From Bigelowiella natans CCMP2755 (Eukaryota > Protista > Cercozoa), in assembly GCA_000320545.1 (NCBI GenBank), contig ADNK01003243.1, positions 3,723 through 67,722 of the forward strand: a DNA stretch of 64,000 nt, in the 5' to 3' direction. The position numbers were made by a program, and so were the translations under genes. How positions within the stretch are numbered: the stretch's first letter is position 1; every line of letters begins with the position of its first letter. The notes under the pieces were generated by a model. It saw only the letters and a list, made by a program, of their open reading frames with translations, was not told the origin of the DNA and ran no database searches. Positions 19,301 to 32,129 of the stretch are shown here, one piece after another.

Positions 19301-22300
19301 TGCTCACGCAATTGAGCAATTTCAACTTTATGAGCTTCTATCTCCCTTATATGCACCTGCCTTTCATTTTTCCGTGTCTCTCTCTCAACTCCAAGCGCCC
19401 TTTCTCGGTTGGAAAGCTGGGCACGTAGGCTAGAAACCTGCGTTTCCAGTGAAGAAATTCTCCCTTCCAACTTGAAGATTTGTGCTGTCTTGATAACACT
19501 TGATTCCCAGTGGGAGGAGCTTTGATCATCATCCACCTCACCTCCACCATCGAAAGATTTCATATTATTACTTTGACGACGTATACTATGATGATTAGGT
19601 TCCTTGGCTGAAGATAATAATGCATCACCATTCTTTCTCTGCTGCTGGGTTTGATGAACTTCATGTGCAACTACTATTCCTGCCTTCCCCTTTTCTTCTC
19701 CACCATTTCCATCATATTCAGCAGCAATGCTGGGCTCTTCCAGAAGCTTCTTCAAGCTACTCTCGAGCGCTTTTGCATGCAATGTCGCAACTTCTTGCTC
19801 GAGGTTGGCTATCTTGCCCTGATACCACTTATTTTTCTCTTTTTCAGCACGCAACATTGGCCCATCTTGCTGCTGTTGAGGATGAGGTCCTGCTGGTGGT
19901 TGTGGTGACTTATGAGGGCTATTCGTCCGTGCAGAGGATGGCATTTCATCAACTCTCTTGATCGCCTTAAGAGCTTCATTAACTCCTTCAACTTTTGCCT
20001 TCCATTCGCGAATAGCTGCCTTATATCTGTTGATATCTTTAGATTGTTTATCAAGCTTCCGCTCTACAACCAGGCATTTCCGTTTCCATTCGAGTAGTTC
20101 TGCAGTCGGCTGCTGCTTTTGCTGTTTTCGCATGATGCTACTTCTACGGTTTACCGACACACCTAGCTGGTCTGTTCGATGTTTGAGATCCTTGGTTGCG
20201 TTCAGTTGTGCTCGTAAACTAGAAACCTCCACCTTACGCTGGTCTAGCCTCTTCTTGGCGGTATCAAGTTGCATTTGAAGCGCTCGATTTTCTTCCCGAT
20301 TCTTACGAAGTTGGTCCGTTAAGGAACGAATATGGGATGAGGACACCGATGATGACTTTGATGTTGTCGTTGCCATACCCTGAGTGCTGTTTGCTTTTGA
20401 TCCATTGGCAATAAGTAACATTCTCTCAATGCTCTCACCTGCTGTTGTTATTTCTTGGGAGGCCTTTTCCATCTTACTGATAAAGTTTGTGATTAGCTTT
20501 GCTGCTCTTGCAGTTGGCCCTGCTGTAGCCTTTTTGCGTTTCTTGGTGTCCATTCTGACTGAGGAGCGCAAATGAATTTTCTTCGGAGCTGTTGTTGCTG
20601 GTACATGAGGGCCTGGTGATGTAAACACGTTGGAAGATGATGCTGCAACTATCACGATTCCAATTTGTTTATTTACATCTGCAACTACATCCCGAATCTT
20701 TAAAATCATGGAGGACGCAGAAGTGCTCATTTGTGCTTGGATATCATTATCATCATCATCATCATCGCCCCATGCTCGTTTTGGTTGTTGTATTGACAGC
20801 TTTATGTTCGCCTCTTGGGCTTCCTGAAGCTCTCTTTCAGCCTTTTCCAATTTGTGACTTAAGTCGCGAATGACTTCGTTCTGAGAGCTTGACGATGTGG
20901 ATGCAGCAGAAGGTGCTAACGAGTAATCATTGTCATCATCTGCTGCTTCTTCGTTTTGGGATTCATCTTGGTTTCCGCTACTGTTGAGGTCATTCGCATT
21001 CAAGCCTCTTGTTCCTAATGGAGAAGGATGTGGAAGACGCGATGATGAAAATGACGCTGACTGGTGGTGAGAGAGCTTCTTTTTCAGCTTCTCAACTTGC
21101 AAAGCTTTCATCATAACTTGCTGTGTCAACCGAATAATCACATCTGCTAGACCCCCCCCAGTTTCATCATCACTCGTTCTCAATTTAGCGTCTACACCAA
21201 CATCGTAGTCATCATAAACATCTCCAACAGTATTTTGGGAGCGAGTCGTTCCTCTCCTCGGTGTAGTTCCGCTTCTTCTTCTTCCTCCTCCTTCATTTCT
21301 TCGCTCAGTAGATGGAGGAGCCATTGGAGCTCGCTTAGGAGTCGGAAGCCCTATCATCGAAGATAATTGTGATACGCACTTTTTCAGACTTTTCTCGCGC
21401 TTTAATAGACGTTTCATTTCCACCCTCAAGATGTTCTGTTTTTCATCTTTCTCCTGAAGTTGCTTTTTTAGTGCTACAAGCTGTCTCTCAGCAGCAGCAG
21501 CAGCAGCAGTAGCAGCATTTGAAGAAGCCGGAGGTTGCTGCGCTGTAGCTGCTGCGCGTGACTTCATGGCAATTGAAACAGCGAGTTGTCGTCGCAAGTC
21601 TCCAATTTCAATTTCTTTTCTCACCAAATCTTGTCTGATATTCAGGGACTCGATTGCTGAGTTACTGCGATCTTTGAATTGTTGTCTCGAGGCTGTTACT
21701 GTCGCACTCGTAGTTGTTCGTTTCCTTCGCCCTTTGCTTAGTGTTTCTACCCCTCCTCCTCCTCCTCCTCCTCCTCCTCCTTTGGTATTGCCAACGATTT
21801 TGTTTCGTCGGAGAATTCTTAACTCTTGTTCGAGTTGTGCCAGCTTGGTGCGAGCTTCTGCTTCTCCTTGGGCACAAACCCTTGCTTTTCGAGCCGAGTC
21901 TGCTTGAGCAAGTTTTGCATTTGCAAGATGTTGTGCAAGAAGACCCGAATTCTCATTAATATTATTACTACTGGGGGGAGGCTTCATGCGAAGGCTTCTC
22001 CTGCCTTTATCTTCCAAAATCCTCAAAGTTTCTCGGTCCATATGTGCAATCACATGCTGTAGCTCATTTATTGCCTCTTGTTTCTTTTCTATTTCTTCCG
22101 TCTGGCTCCTACTACGCATTTCTGCTTTATGAAGACTTTTCGTTAGCTTGATGACTTCAGATTCCAAGCGTAGTCGATATGTAGCGCTGTCTGGAGAAGA
22201 ATCAGCCTCGAAATCAATTTCTACATTCTCTTCTTCTTCCTCGCTACCGTTTATACCTCTTCGAGATGTTGTTGTTGCTGCAAAATTTTTGATACCCCGA

Positions 22301-25300
22301 TTTTGTATGGAACCTAGCTGTTTGGCGTAGCGATGTTTCATGTCGCGCATGGCTTTCTCATGCTTGTGCTCTGTCCGTCGCACTTGCGTATTCGTGGAAG
22401 CTAGCTGTGATTGCAACCCCTTGTTTTCGGATAAAAGAGCTCGTTTATCAGCCTTAAGGGTTATAACCTCGCGTGAAGCTAGCTTCAACTCAAATTCTAA
22501 TCTTTGCGCCTCTGCCTTGTACTTTTCGAGAGCTTCATCGTATTCCCTTGCATTACGTGCATTGAGGCGTTCATTCGTGAAAACGTCTGCTTTGATACGC
22601 TGCTTCGCATCAACCAATTGTTTCTCCAAATCCTTTATTCGTTTCTCAGACCTAGCCAGCAAGACAGCACGTACTTCCTCGCCCTTACGAGAAGACTCAA
22701 GCTCTTTTTGTAGTGTAGATGCTTTATCCAATAGCTCAGCTTTGACAATATTCAAAGTGGCAATCTCATCTGCAAGATTTTTTGCAAGTGTTTTTACCGA
22801 GAAGGAAGGTTGGACACTATCTTTCGCATCGTGGGTGGAATTTTCTCCACTTCCTCCTCCTTTTTTTGTTACACCATCTTCGATAGCGTTATCACTGCGA
22901 GCAGTCAGGAGAGTCTTTTGCATTGTCTGCTCAATATATGTTTTTATGGCGGCATCGCGAGTGTTGAGCTTTTGAAGAAGCTCTGCTTCGACAATAGCTT
23001 TGCGTTTTGTCTCGTCACTCTCGTGTTCGAGTTCCATAATCCCCACCTGCCTTCGAAGCTTCTCGCATTCGCCCCTATATTGTTGGAGTTCTTTTTCTGC
23101 AGCAGCTGCTTCAAGCATAGCTGCCATCCGAGCTTTATCCACGTGCTCATTAGTTGTCAATAGCTCCGCTACTCGTTGCTCGCCACGACGACGCTCATGC
23201 ATCAGCTGCTTCGAATAAATTTCTTTCATGTCCTCCAACAGTTGATTTGCTCTTCTACCCTCATTTCTGCACTGCCGCCATCTATCTCGCAGAACATCCA
23301 TTTCTGCTTCGTCTCTGCGAATCTTTTGCTGTTGAAGCTGGCATATCCACCTTAGTCGACGAGTTCGTCTCTCACACCTTGTCACCGCTGATTCATTTCT
23401 CAATATAATTTGAGTCATTTCTTCGACTACTTCTGGAATATAAAGGAGGCAAGACATTGATTTATTTTTCATAACACTTTTTTTCTTTGAAGTAGAGGAA
23501 GACGTTGTTGATGCATGGCTTCCCCCTCCTCCTCGCCTAGTTTTTCTGAAACCCCGTTTCGCATTCTGAGCGAGAGAGGAAGAAGATGAACCTGCTGCTG
23601 CTTTTCGAGTGGCAAGAGGAGAGAGCAGTAGTGGTTCGGAAGAAACAATAGCATCTATTTTACTGTTGATGGCCTTGAGCAACTCAATTAAAGGAGGCCC
23701 TGCAACTGGACCACCGAGAGCAGAAGAAGTACCAGCACTTGCTGCAGTGGCAGGAATTGATGATGAAGGAATTTGATGATGTGAACCATCTCCGGCGAGA
23801 AGGACAGGGGGGTAACTATGGTGATTACTTTCGAGTAGTATATTTCCACTATCAACACCACCACTGCTGCTGTCTCCAGTAGCACTATTCAGAAGTATGT
23901 TCATCCACCAGCTTGAATTGTTGGTAACCCCTTGATCATCATCAAATTTGTTCTCATCTGCTATTTCGGATAGTATCCGTAAGTGTTCTTTTCGTTCCTG
24001 TCCTAATCTTTCTAGTGCTGCATCACGCGCTTCTCGAAGCTGCTGCTTGAGATCTTCACAATCACGTCGACTATTATCAGAATCAGCTCTCAGTCTCATG
24101 ATTTTCTGAGTCATCTGGAATTTGGCAGCATCCTCAGCACTGGACTTATTCCGTAGCTGTGTGATTTCTAATCGCTGTTTCTGAATCAATTTCTTATGAG
24201 CTTCACGCTCAGCCTCAAGACGTGAAACTTTTGACGCTAACGTATCCGAGTACTCCTGACTCTGAGAGACGAGATGAAGTTGGCGCTTGTAGCTTTCGTT
24301 CATGCGTTCTACTTGTTGTTCTAGTGTGCTTTCAATGGCCTTGGCAGCTGAGAGATGTGCTGCCAGGTGAATCACCTTTGTCTTCGCATTACTACTTATA
24401 GTCGTAAGTGAAGAGGAGGAAGAAGAGGATCTATTCTTCTGTTTCATTTTATCGACGTTACTACTTTTATTTTTTACAAAAGCTCTGTGATCATCATTTT
24501 CATGGGTGACACCCCTATCCTCACAGCCTGGTTCAAGTGCTTCTACTGTTTCCATTAGCACTGCAATTTGAGCTGACTTTTCTTTTACTAATGCCTGCAT
24601 GCGATCTCGTTCACGTTCAAACTTAGAAGATAAACGACGCTCTGCAGTTACTTCTTCCCTAACTTGCTGAAGATTTTTTTGCAACTTGAGTGCTTCTGCT
24701 TCGTGATGCTCCCTTTGTTCTTCGAGCTGGTTCCTGATTGTGTCACACATAGATTCCGCAGAGCTAACAGCAACACGGGTTTCTTCAAGCTTCTTTGCTC
24801 CATCTGATAACTGCTGACGATACGAAAGCACCTCTTCAGTATGCTTTGTATGTAAAATAGCGGCTTCTTCTGTCGCTCGGGTAGAAGACTGCAACAATTT
24901 TGCATTTAAGCTCATACACTGTTTTTCATACTCCTTTGCTTCTGCTAGAGCTTCACGTCTCTGGAGCTTGACACGATGTAGTGCAAGGCAGAAATGATCC
25001 CGTTGCTGACTCAAAACTCTAATGAGGTCTTGCTCATTTCCTGCAGCAGCAGCAGCTTGCATCTGATGATGGACTCTATGTAAAGCAGCGAGACTTGTGT
25101 CGACGACTGCTGCAATATCGTCACCATCACTTACTTTACTGCTATGCTTCATTTCTTCAATTAAAGCCTTTGTTCTGCCTGCGTGTTCTGCCTCACGTGC
25201 TTCCAGTAGCTCAGATAGTTTGTCGATTTCTTTTGCTTGAGTTTCGATTCTCTCCCCGAGTCTAGCAAGGGTTTCATCCCTTTCAAGTCCCGCAGGAGTA

Positions 25301-28300
25301 GAGCCAACAGTACCAAGAATGTCCCATTTCTTTGCAGAAATAGAATACTTTTGCAACTGCCTTTTCAAGCTCATAACTTGTTTCTCAGCCTCTGCTTCTC
25401 TCTCTTCCGCCCTTTTAGCATCACCTTGAAAACGCGATAATTGCAGTCTCAATTCACCTTTATCAGCTCTTTCTATCGCAAGCTGTTTGTGAAGATCTGA
25501 TCTTGCGCCAAGAGCCTTGATGGTCTCTCTAAGATGCTTTATATTTTGTTCTCCTTGTTGCTTTACCCTCTCGTGCTTTCTTTCCAGCCTCTTAACCTTG
25601 TCTTTATACTCCGCAATTGCGTCGTCACAATCCGCTTGAACCTCTATCTTTTCTTCGTGTACCTTGACCAGTGACTGCCGTAGCTGAGCATTTGAAACAA
25701 GCTGTTCGTCTAAAGCACCACGAATACGTTGAATCTCATCCTCAAGGTCTCTACTACTCTTTTTCTTCATCATCATAATTTCTGCTGCTGGTGCTGGTTC
25801 CCCATTTCCTGATTCATGTCGTCCACCACCACTACCACCTTTAGCGTTGCTGCTATTGGATGATCTTCCACGTATGGATGCTGCTGTGGATGATGATGTA
25901 GCCAACCTTGTCATTTTCCGGAGAGTCTCTTCCAATCGCTCTATCTCTATTCGATAAACCTGGCGTTCGTCTTTTAATCTCTGTCGTAGTGCCTTTATGG
26001 TTAAACCACGGTCGGAAATCTTCGATTCGTCAGTGAGCCATGGCTTTGATGAAGCAGAAGAACCCACATCTTCTTCCCTTCTCCCAATACCTCTACTTTT
26101 GCCTGCTCTTCTTCCATTTTGAGTATTATTATTATCCTAGTGATATGTGATCGTGATATTGTGGAATCAGTATTGTTGATGATAATTATGGTAGTATGAT
26201 AAAGGCGATGATCAAATAACACCAAAGCTGTGATCTAGAGATATATGCTATACTTGGAACAGAAAGACAGACAGATAACCAGCAGAAAATATTGTTTTTA
26301 TGAGTGACTTACCGGATGGGAGACTTCATCTTTGTTCTTATCACCGTCATCACCATTCTTTTCTTTTTCAAATTTGCCAAGAATGTCGTGGTTCTGAATC
26401 TTCTTGTTTGCAGGGGGGTGAAATTGTTTAGGATGTTCTTCTTTTTTGTTTGTTTCAAATCGTCTGTTGGAACGACTTCCTTGCTCAAAGATGTCGTGGT
26501 GAAACGATGGTTGCGGTTGCCTTTGAAGCTCCAAGTGTGCTATTCGTAGTGAAGTAGTTAACTTTGAATTTTGAACTTCGGCTACTTTAAGGCGTTCGCG
26601 AGTATGCTTAAGCTCTGCACGCAGCTCTGCCATAGGTCCCACGCGGCCGATACGCTTCGGTCTCCGAGCATGGCTTTTTCCTGCTACTTGTTCGTCATCT
26701 GGGGATAGACGCTCAGCTAAGTTCCTAAGCTCTTGACCGTGTATTTCACGTTGATCGTTCATCCTGGTTTGTAGCCGGTCAACTTTGGCCTCGAGTTCTT
26801 GTATTATCCCCTTCAATTTTTGGGATTTGCTTCCAAATTTGTCACCACTTATCACCTCATTATCATTGTCACCGTCATCACCATTGCGTTGTTCGTCTAT
26901 AGAGGAAGAAACGTGAAGCTTTTTGATTAAGGCTTCAATTTGGTCTTGCTGATCCTGCAGTTTCGCGCGAAGTTTGACGATTTCGGAAGTCTTCAGAGTT
27001 TCTATGAGTTCTGAATTTTGCTTTTGGTAGTGTGAAGCTTGCTGTTTTACTTGGTGCAGCTCTGCATTGCTCTTTTTTAGAAGGTGAACAGTGTCTCGCA
27101 GCTTGGTTTCCAGCTCTTGCTCTCGACGATTTTTCCCATGCAAGATACTCTCAGCTTCAGTAAGTTTTTTGTGTGCATTCTCAGACTCACGCTTGAGTCT
27201 CTGTTCCAGCTCAACTTCGCGGTCTTTCAGCGTCTGAATCTCTACATCCTTTACTTTGAGAATACTGAGCACTTTCCTGGATTTTTCTTCATTCGACCTT
27301 CTTTCATTGTAGACGGCTTCATCAGCGAGAGCGTGAGCGAGAGCTTGGATCCTTTGTTCATCCATCTCATCCATGGATGTTCCCCGTTGTAACTCATGCA
27401 GAGTTCTGGCCCGTGATGTGGCAAGATCTGCTTCCACACGCAAATGTGCCGCTTCCTCTCGGGCTACCGCAAGCTCGGTCCTAAGCGTCTGAACTTTGTG
27501 TTTCAAATCGATGTTATGTCGATGTATTGACCTTTCTCTCGGGTTGAGGGTCTGTTTTTTACGTGGAGTTGTTGATTTGTCGCTGCTATTTTCAGACGAA
27601 TCATCATAATCTTGCCAATCGTCGTCCTTTGCAGAATTGTTGTGCCGATTTTCGGCCTTCGTTTCAAGAGGGAGATAATCTTTAAGCTCACTTTTATGTT
27701 CTTGCGAGGAAGAAGATTTGGTGTGCATCATTTCTTCAGTGGCTTTCGTTGCTGCTGGTTTTGAAGTAGCCGCAGCTTTTCTACGTTTTTGAGGTTGTTT
27801 CTTCTTCTTCAACTTCGTCGTCGCAGTAAAACAGTTGCTATTCCCTCGGTGGAGAGATCCTCCCACTGGCTGCTTTAATGTATCTGTTTGCTCTGTTTGT
27901 AAAACGTCTTCTGCTAAATCTACTATTGCTCTGGAATGAGAAATATTGCGATCCGGATTTACCCTTAAAAATTCAATCATGTGGATCTATTAGCCGGAGT
28001 TTTGCAACAACAGTAATACGTAATTCTCACCCCCACACGTAGAATAGACCAAAGAAGCGTTGCTCGAACAGTTGTGACTTTATTCGAAAAACGGATTTGT
28101 GTCCCTAGAGACATATCAAGGTGAATAACATGTTGCATATTATTGAAAGCATTTGTTGTCACCTTAGAACCTCTTGGCTTTGGAGGTGGATTGTGCAGTT
28201 TCAATTGCACCTGAATCATACCAACGGACTCTCTCAGGAAATATCACCCGCACCTTCTTATCCGCATATTCACCCATATACTTGCACAAGTACTCTCATT

Positions 28301-28308
28301 GCATAATA

Positions 28309-28369
<61 letters not shown>

Positions 28370-28372
28370 TAT

Positions 28373-28422
<50 letters not shown>

Positions 28423-28977
28423 GTATATGTGTGTGTGTGTGTGTGTGTTCGTGTACCTCAATTAAAACATTGTTTCCTGCAGCTATTTCAGTTGTTTCTG
28501 GAAATATCTGTAAAAAATAGGATAGAGGCAAAGCTTGTATCATGCCCACACATCTGATACGCAACAACATCCAATCACACCTTATAGTAGCTCGGATTTC
28601 CTGGAAGAATTGATATCTGTACTTTGCTGGGAAGTGGGTTGAAAATGCGTATGCATTTGCTGTAAGCCTAAGAATATGGCAAAGAGTAGCAAAGGGCCGT
28701 GTATGAACCAATTATTTTAACATTCTTGTGGTGCTGTGTGTGCTTTATTCTTTGTATTTGCATGCATGTGTAATGTTGTGATACCTACCTGGTGCAAGCG
28801 CACATTTGTGAAAATAATTTCCTCAGGATCAAGATCCAGAACATGATTATGTTTAAGCCGGGAGGCTGGTTTCTGGCTCATAATACTTGAATCTACTCGA
28901 ATGTCGCACCGCCCTCCCCTCCTTGTACAACCATGGACTCACGTTGTTAAATTTGCGGGAAGCACTATGGTGAGCAT
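16368..28977 (-). CDS. Giant (~3,800 aa) centlein-like centrosomal/basal-body coiled-coil protein with an N-terminal Ig-like (ASH/MSP-type) domain
   Basis: ORFs 26298-27980, 18952-26067 and 16368-18848 can be joined in frame by short GT-AG introns. Small 5' exons read HVLDLDPEEIIFTNVRLHQ / AYSKCIRIFNPLPSKVQISILPGNPSYYK / IFPETTEIAAGNNVLIE (Ig-like). ERRSNEEKSRKVLSILKVKDVEIQTL resembles the centlein EKQKSEAKDRKVLEILQVKDAKIQ motif. Heptad-rich throughout. The start ATG at 28977 is tentative. Confidence 0.7.
28311..28448. repeat. Quasi-palindromic (CA)n-(TA)n-(TG)n microsatellite
   Basis: Read directly; self-complementary arrangement in an intron of the centlein-like gene. Confidence 0.95.
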
Positions 28978-29094
28978 GGCAACAACCAACACAACATACG
29001 TCCAGACCGCCGAAAAATTATTTTCTACTATTTTCTGCATTCATTTTTTGGAAACGACTTCAAAAAGTTTTAGTTTTTATAGATCTAGATCTAA

Positions 29095-30875
29095 TGAGAC
29101 TTTCACAAATGCAGTCACTGCGACAATGAGAGTTGGAAAATCCTGAGCGATGCGAAGGCAGGCGGTTTGAACGTTCCGTCCAAGCCGTGTCTGGCGAGTG
29201 TGAAACAAACCGAGAAACCCTCAATTTTTCTTGGTGGTCCAGCCCTGCACCGGTTGAATTGATTGCTAGATCTGTTCTCCATCGCATCGTCCGTTGTGAC
29301 CAGTCTGCCCGCGGATTCGATGTCTCAGAAAACCTAGACCAGACCCACAGCTCTTTGACCTTGACTTCAACCGTGGGGTCAGAGCACTGTTGATGACATC
29401 TGCGCGCCAATGGCAACTTGCGTCGCAGTTGCACGTTCGTCCACCAAACCCGATGCTCCCACCTCCAAACCTGGAGCTTGGGCAGCAAGTCACGTTGGAA
29501 GAACAAGTCTCCAGACTCTTTGAATGTGCGTCACCTTGATGAATGGCACGACAAATCAGGAGTGCCAGAGTGTTGCTGAAGTTTCAGCTGTGTGCGATGT
29601 CGGGACTTGTGAAACCGAAGGACGTCAGGCCAGAGTTCACGACTTGCCTCCCTCGTTCTCGAGTTGTCCTCTTTGAATGCTGAAGTGGTTCAAAGTGTCA
29701 ACCATGTCATCCACCTTTGTTCTCACTTGGGTGCTGTGAGGAACAAACTTTTCTCGAACGTGAGAGTGAGCCTGGTTCCTGGCTCCACTGCATGCTGGAC
29801 TGCTAGACTGCCTGCTCGTCCTTTTTTCGTGCTCCTGATTCCAGCAAAACCAAAGTCCTGCTTGGTGCTACAGCTCCCTCGGGTGACCCGACCGTGGGTC
29901 GTCGCTTGAACGTGGCCTTCAGGAAGTCCCTGCTCTGGTGCTCAAAGCACACGCTTTGCGCGCCGCCGCCACGCGCACGTTGCTGCTGGTACGTCTCACT
30001 GCTCCGCAGGCAGCTGGTGTGCCAATTTCAAAACCCTGCTAGTCTTCACCAGGCACGAGGCAGTCCTCACCAGAGCTAGCTCAAGGGACTGTGTTTCGTG
30101 CACTGCAAGTGCCTTGCAACACTCTGGAAGTGTGATTTTTCATCACTCTTTGTCTTTGTGTTTGCACGTCCAAGTGTCTTGCAACACTTTGGAAACGCAG
30201 TTTGTCACCATTGTCATTGTCATTGTCCAATCACGGTGCATGCGAGAAGTCATTGTCATTGTCATTGTCGTTGTCCAATCATGCAATCACGGTGCGAGAA
30301 GTCTTGCAAGTGCTCACCTGGTGACTTGGCTCAAAGCACGTCGACGGACCGAGGAGCGTGCAGGTCATTCTAGCATTGCTCACAGCTAGTTCAGTTGTTG
30401 GGATCGATCGAACGACTTGTCGCCCATGCTAGCATGCCGGCATGGCCATCGTCAATGATTCACACTCGTGCATCATGCATGCCGTACGTTGCGCCAATCG
30501 TGCGTCACGAAAAGCACTCACCTCCATGTTGCCAACGTGAAAGAAAGAAAATGAGACAGAAAGAAAGAAACTTCTTTCTTGATCGGCTGTGTTTCCAAAG
30601 TGTTGCATGACACTTGCAAAGTACGAAACGTGAAACTTGCATTGTGCAGTCGACACACATTGCTCAGATTGCCAGATTGTGCAACACATTTCTGGACGTT
30701 GCGCGCGATGCGATGTGAGTTGCAGCTCAATGGCAAACGTTGAATTTTCACGTGCACGCACACATGTGGCTGAGCGCTCCGTCAATCCTGTGTGTACTTG
30801 TACTGCACACTTGTGCACGCACGTGACTCAATGAAAGCAAGCGCATGTGCGGTGCCTTGTTCAATGTGACTCATT
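29095..30875. other. TpA-depleted island A (probable degenerate repeat/mobile DNA or pseudogene)
   Basis: By manual count only 14 TA dinucleotides occur in ~1.78 kb (8 CTAG, 5 GTAC, 1 CTAC), with excess TG/CA. The left edge is abrupt and the flanks are TA-rich. Confidence 0.85.
30171..30616. mobile_element. Possible MITE-like relic bounded by 30-bp inverted repeats
   Basis: 30171-30200 CAAGTGTCTTGCAACACTTTGGAAACGCAG matches the reverse complement of 30587-30616 (CAAGTGTCATGCAACACTTTGGAAACACAG) at 28/30. A third partial direct copy lies at 30106-30129. No transposase seen. Confidence 0.4.
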
Positions 30876-31174
30876 TTTAGCAACAACGTTGTGTTGAAAG
30901 TGTGATTCGCCAACACAGCTAGCCTTTTCAAGGATTTTCAACAATGTTACGAATGCAAGAAACAAGCTGATCCTTTTCCTGAATTTCAACTCCATGTATT
31001 TCCTGTTGTTTGACAAATTGATGTGGATGAGATGACAAACCTAGAAATGTCATTTTTGAAAACTACCAGAAGAAGAAATTCCATGAGATCTTGGAAACTA
31101 TTCAAGCAGAACTGTGGAGTCAACCTGCAGTAATTCAATTATACATTAATCACACAATGGACCAGATATACAAG

Positions 31175-31213
<39 letters not shown>

Positions 31214-31344
31214 AAAGTAATTGTTGTAATGGTAAAACTTTGAATCTAAAATGTAACATGATAGATAAACAAATCACACTAAAAGCCTGTCTTTACAATT
31301 CAATATTTGCCGATTGACAGACGACAAGATCTACCCCCGATCGG

Positions 31345-31863
31345 TTAGAATGAGCTTCTTGATGCGTAGTCGATCCATCTTATAGCTTCTATGAGAGAGA
31401 AAGAACAATAAACGACAGCCAGCACATGTGATAATAAGATTATTGCATCATTAGACATCATTTTCGAGGTCTGTTATCGCTTGATTGCTACTTGATTTTC
31501 TTTGAGAATTTTGGATGCCTTTTTAGAGCCCGACTAATTTCCTTCCTGATTTCCCTCACAAAATCTAATTCTCCAGCAAGTCTAATAGCTTCCTTGTTAG
31601 CAGCTTTGTGTAGGTCAAACACGAACTCGAGGCTTTTATTGTCCAGGTTATCATGCTGCAGTGGGTAAATGAGTGTTTTGCTTGCGATGGAAAATATTCA
31701 TTGAAGGTATATCACTATCATTGTCTGCATATTTATTTTTAGTTAAGTCATCGTTATTATGTTTTAAAATCACTTATCACTTGTAATTGCTTCTTCTCCT
31801 TTCTTATTCATATAAAACTAATTTTCACTATGTACACGAGTGAAACGTATACCAAAACTAGCC

Positions 31864-31899
<36 letters not shown>

Positions 31900-32090
31900 T
31901 TTCCCATCACCATTGCAATCACCACCACCAGCAGCAGCCTTATGGATTTTAAAACTGCGCATTAGAATGAACTTACACTGACTCGGTGTCCACGAATGGC
32001 TGCAAGCTTTAGGAGGAGGTGTTGCCACATCTGTCGTTAAATCAGTCAATCAGCCATATTAATGTAATGGTATGTGCGCTAAAATGCACA

Positions 32091-32129
<39 letters not shown>

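Noticed and set aside
16359-27392. Numerous plus-strand ORFs over the coiled-coil gene
   Set aside because: Antisense shadows of long minus-strand exons.
29095-30875. Classical RIP or CpG-methylation decay as the cause of the island
   Set aside because: RIP increases TpA, and CpG is still plentiful here.
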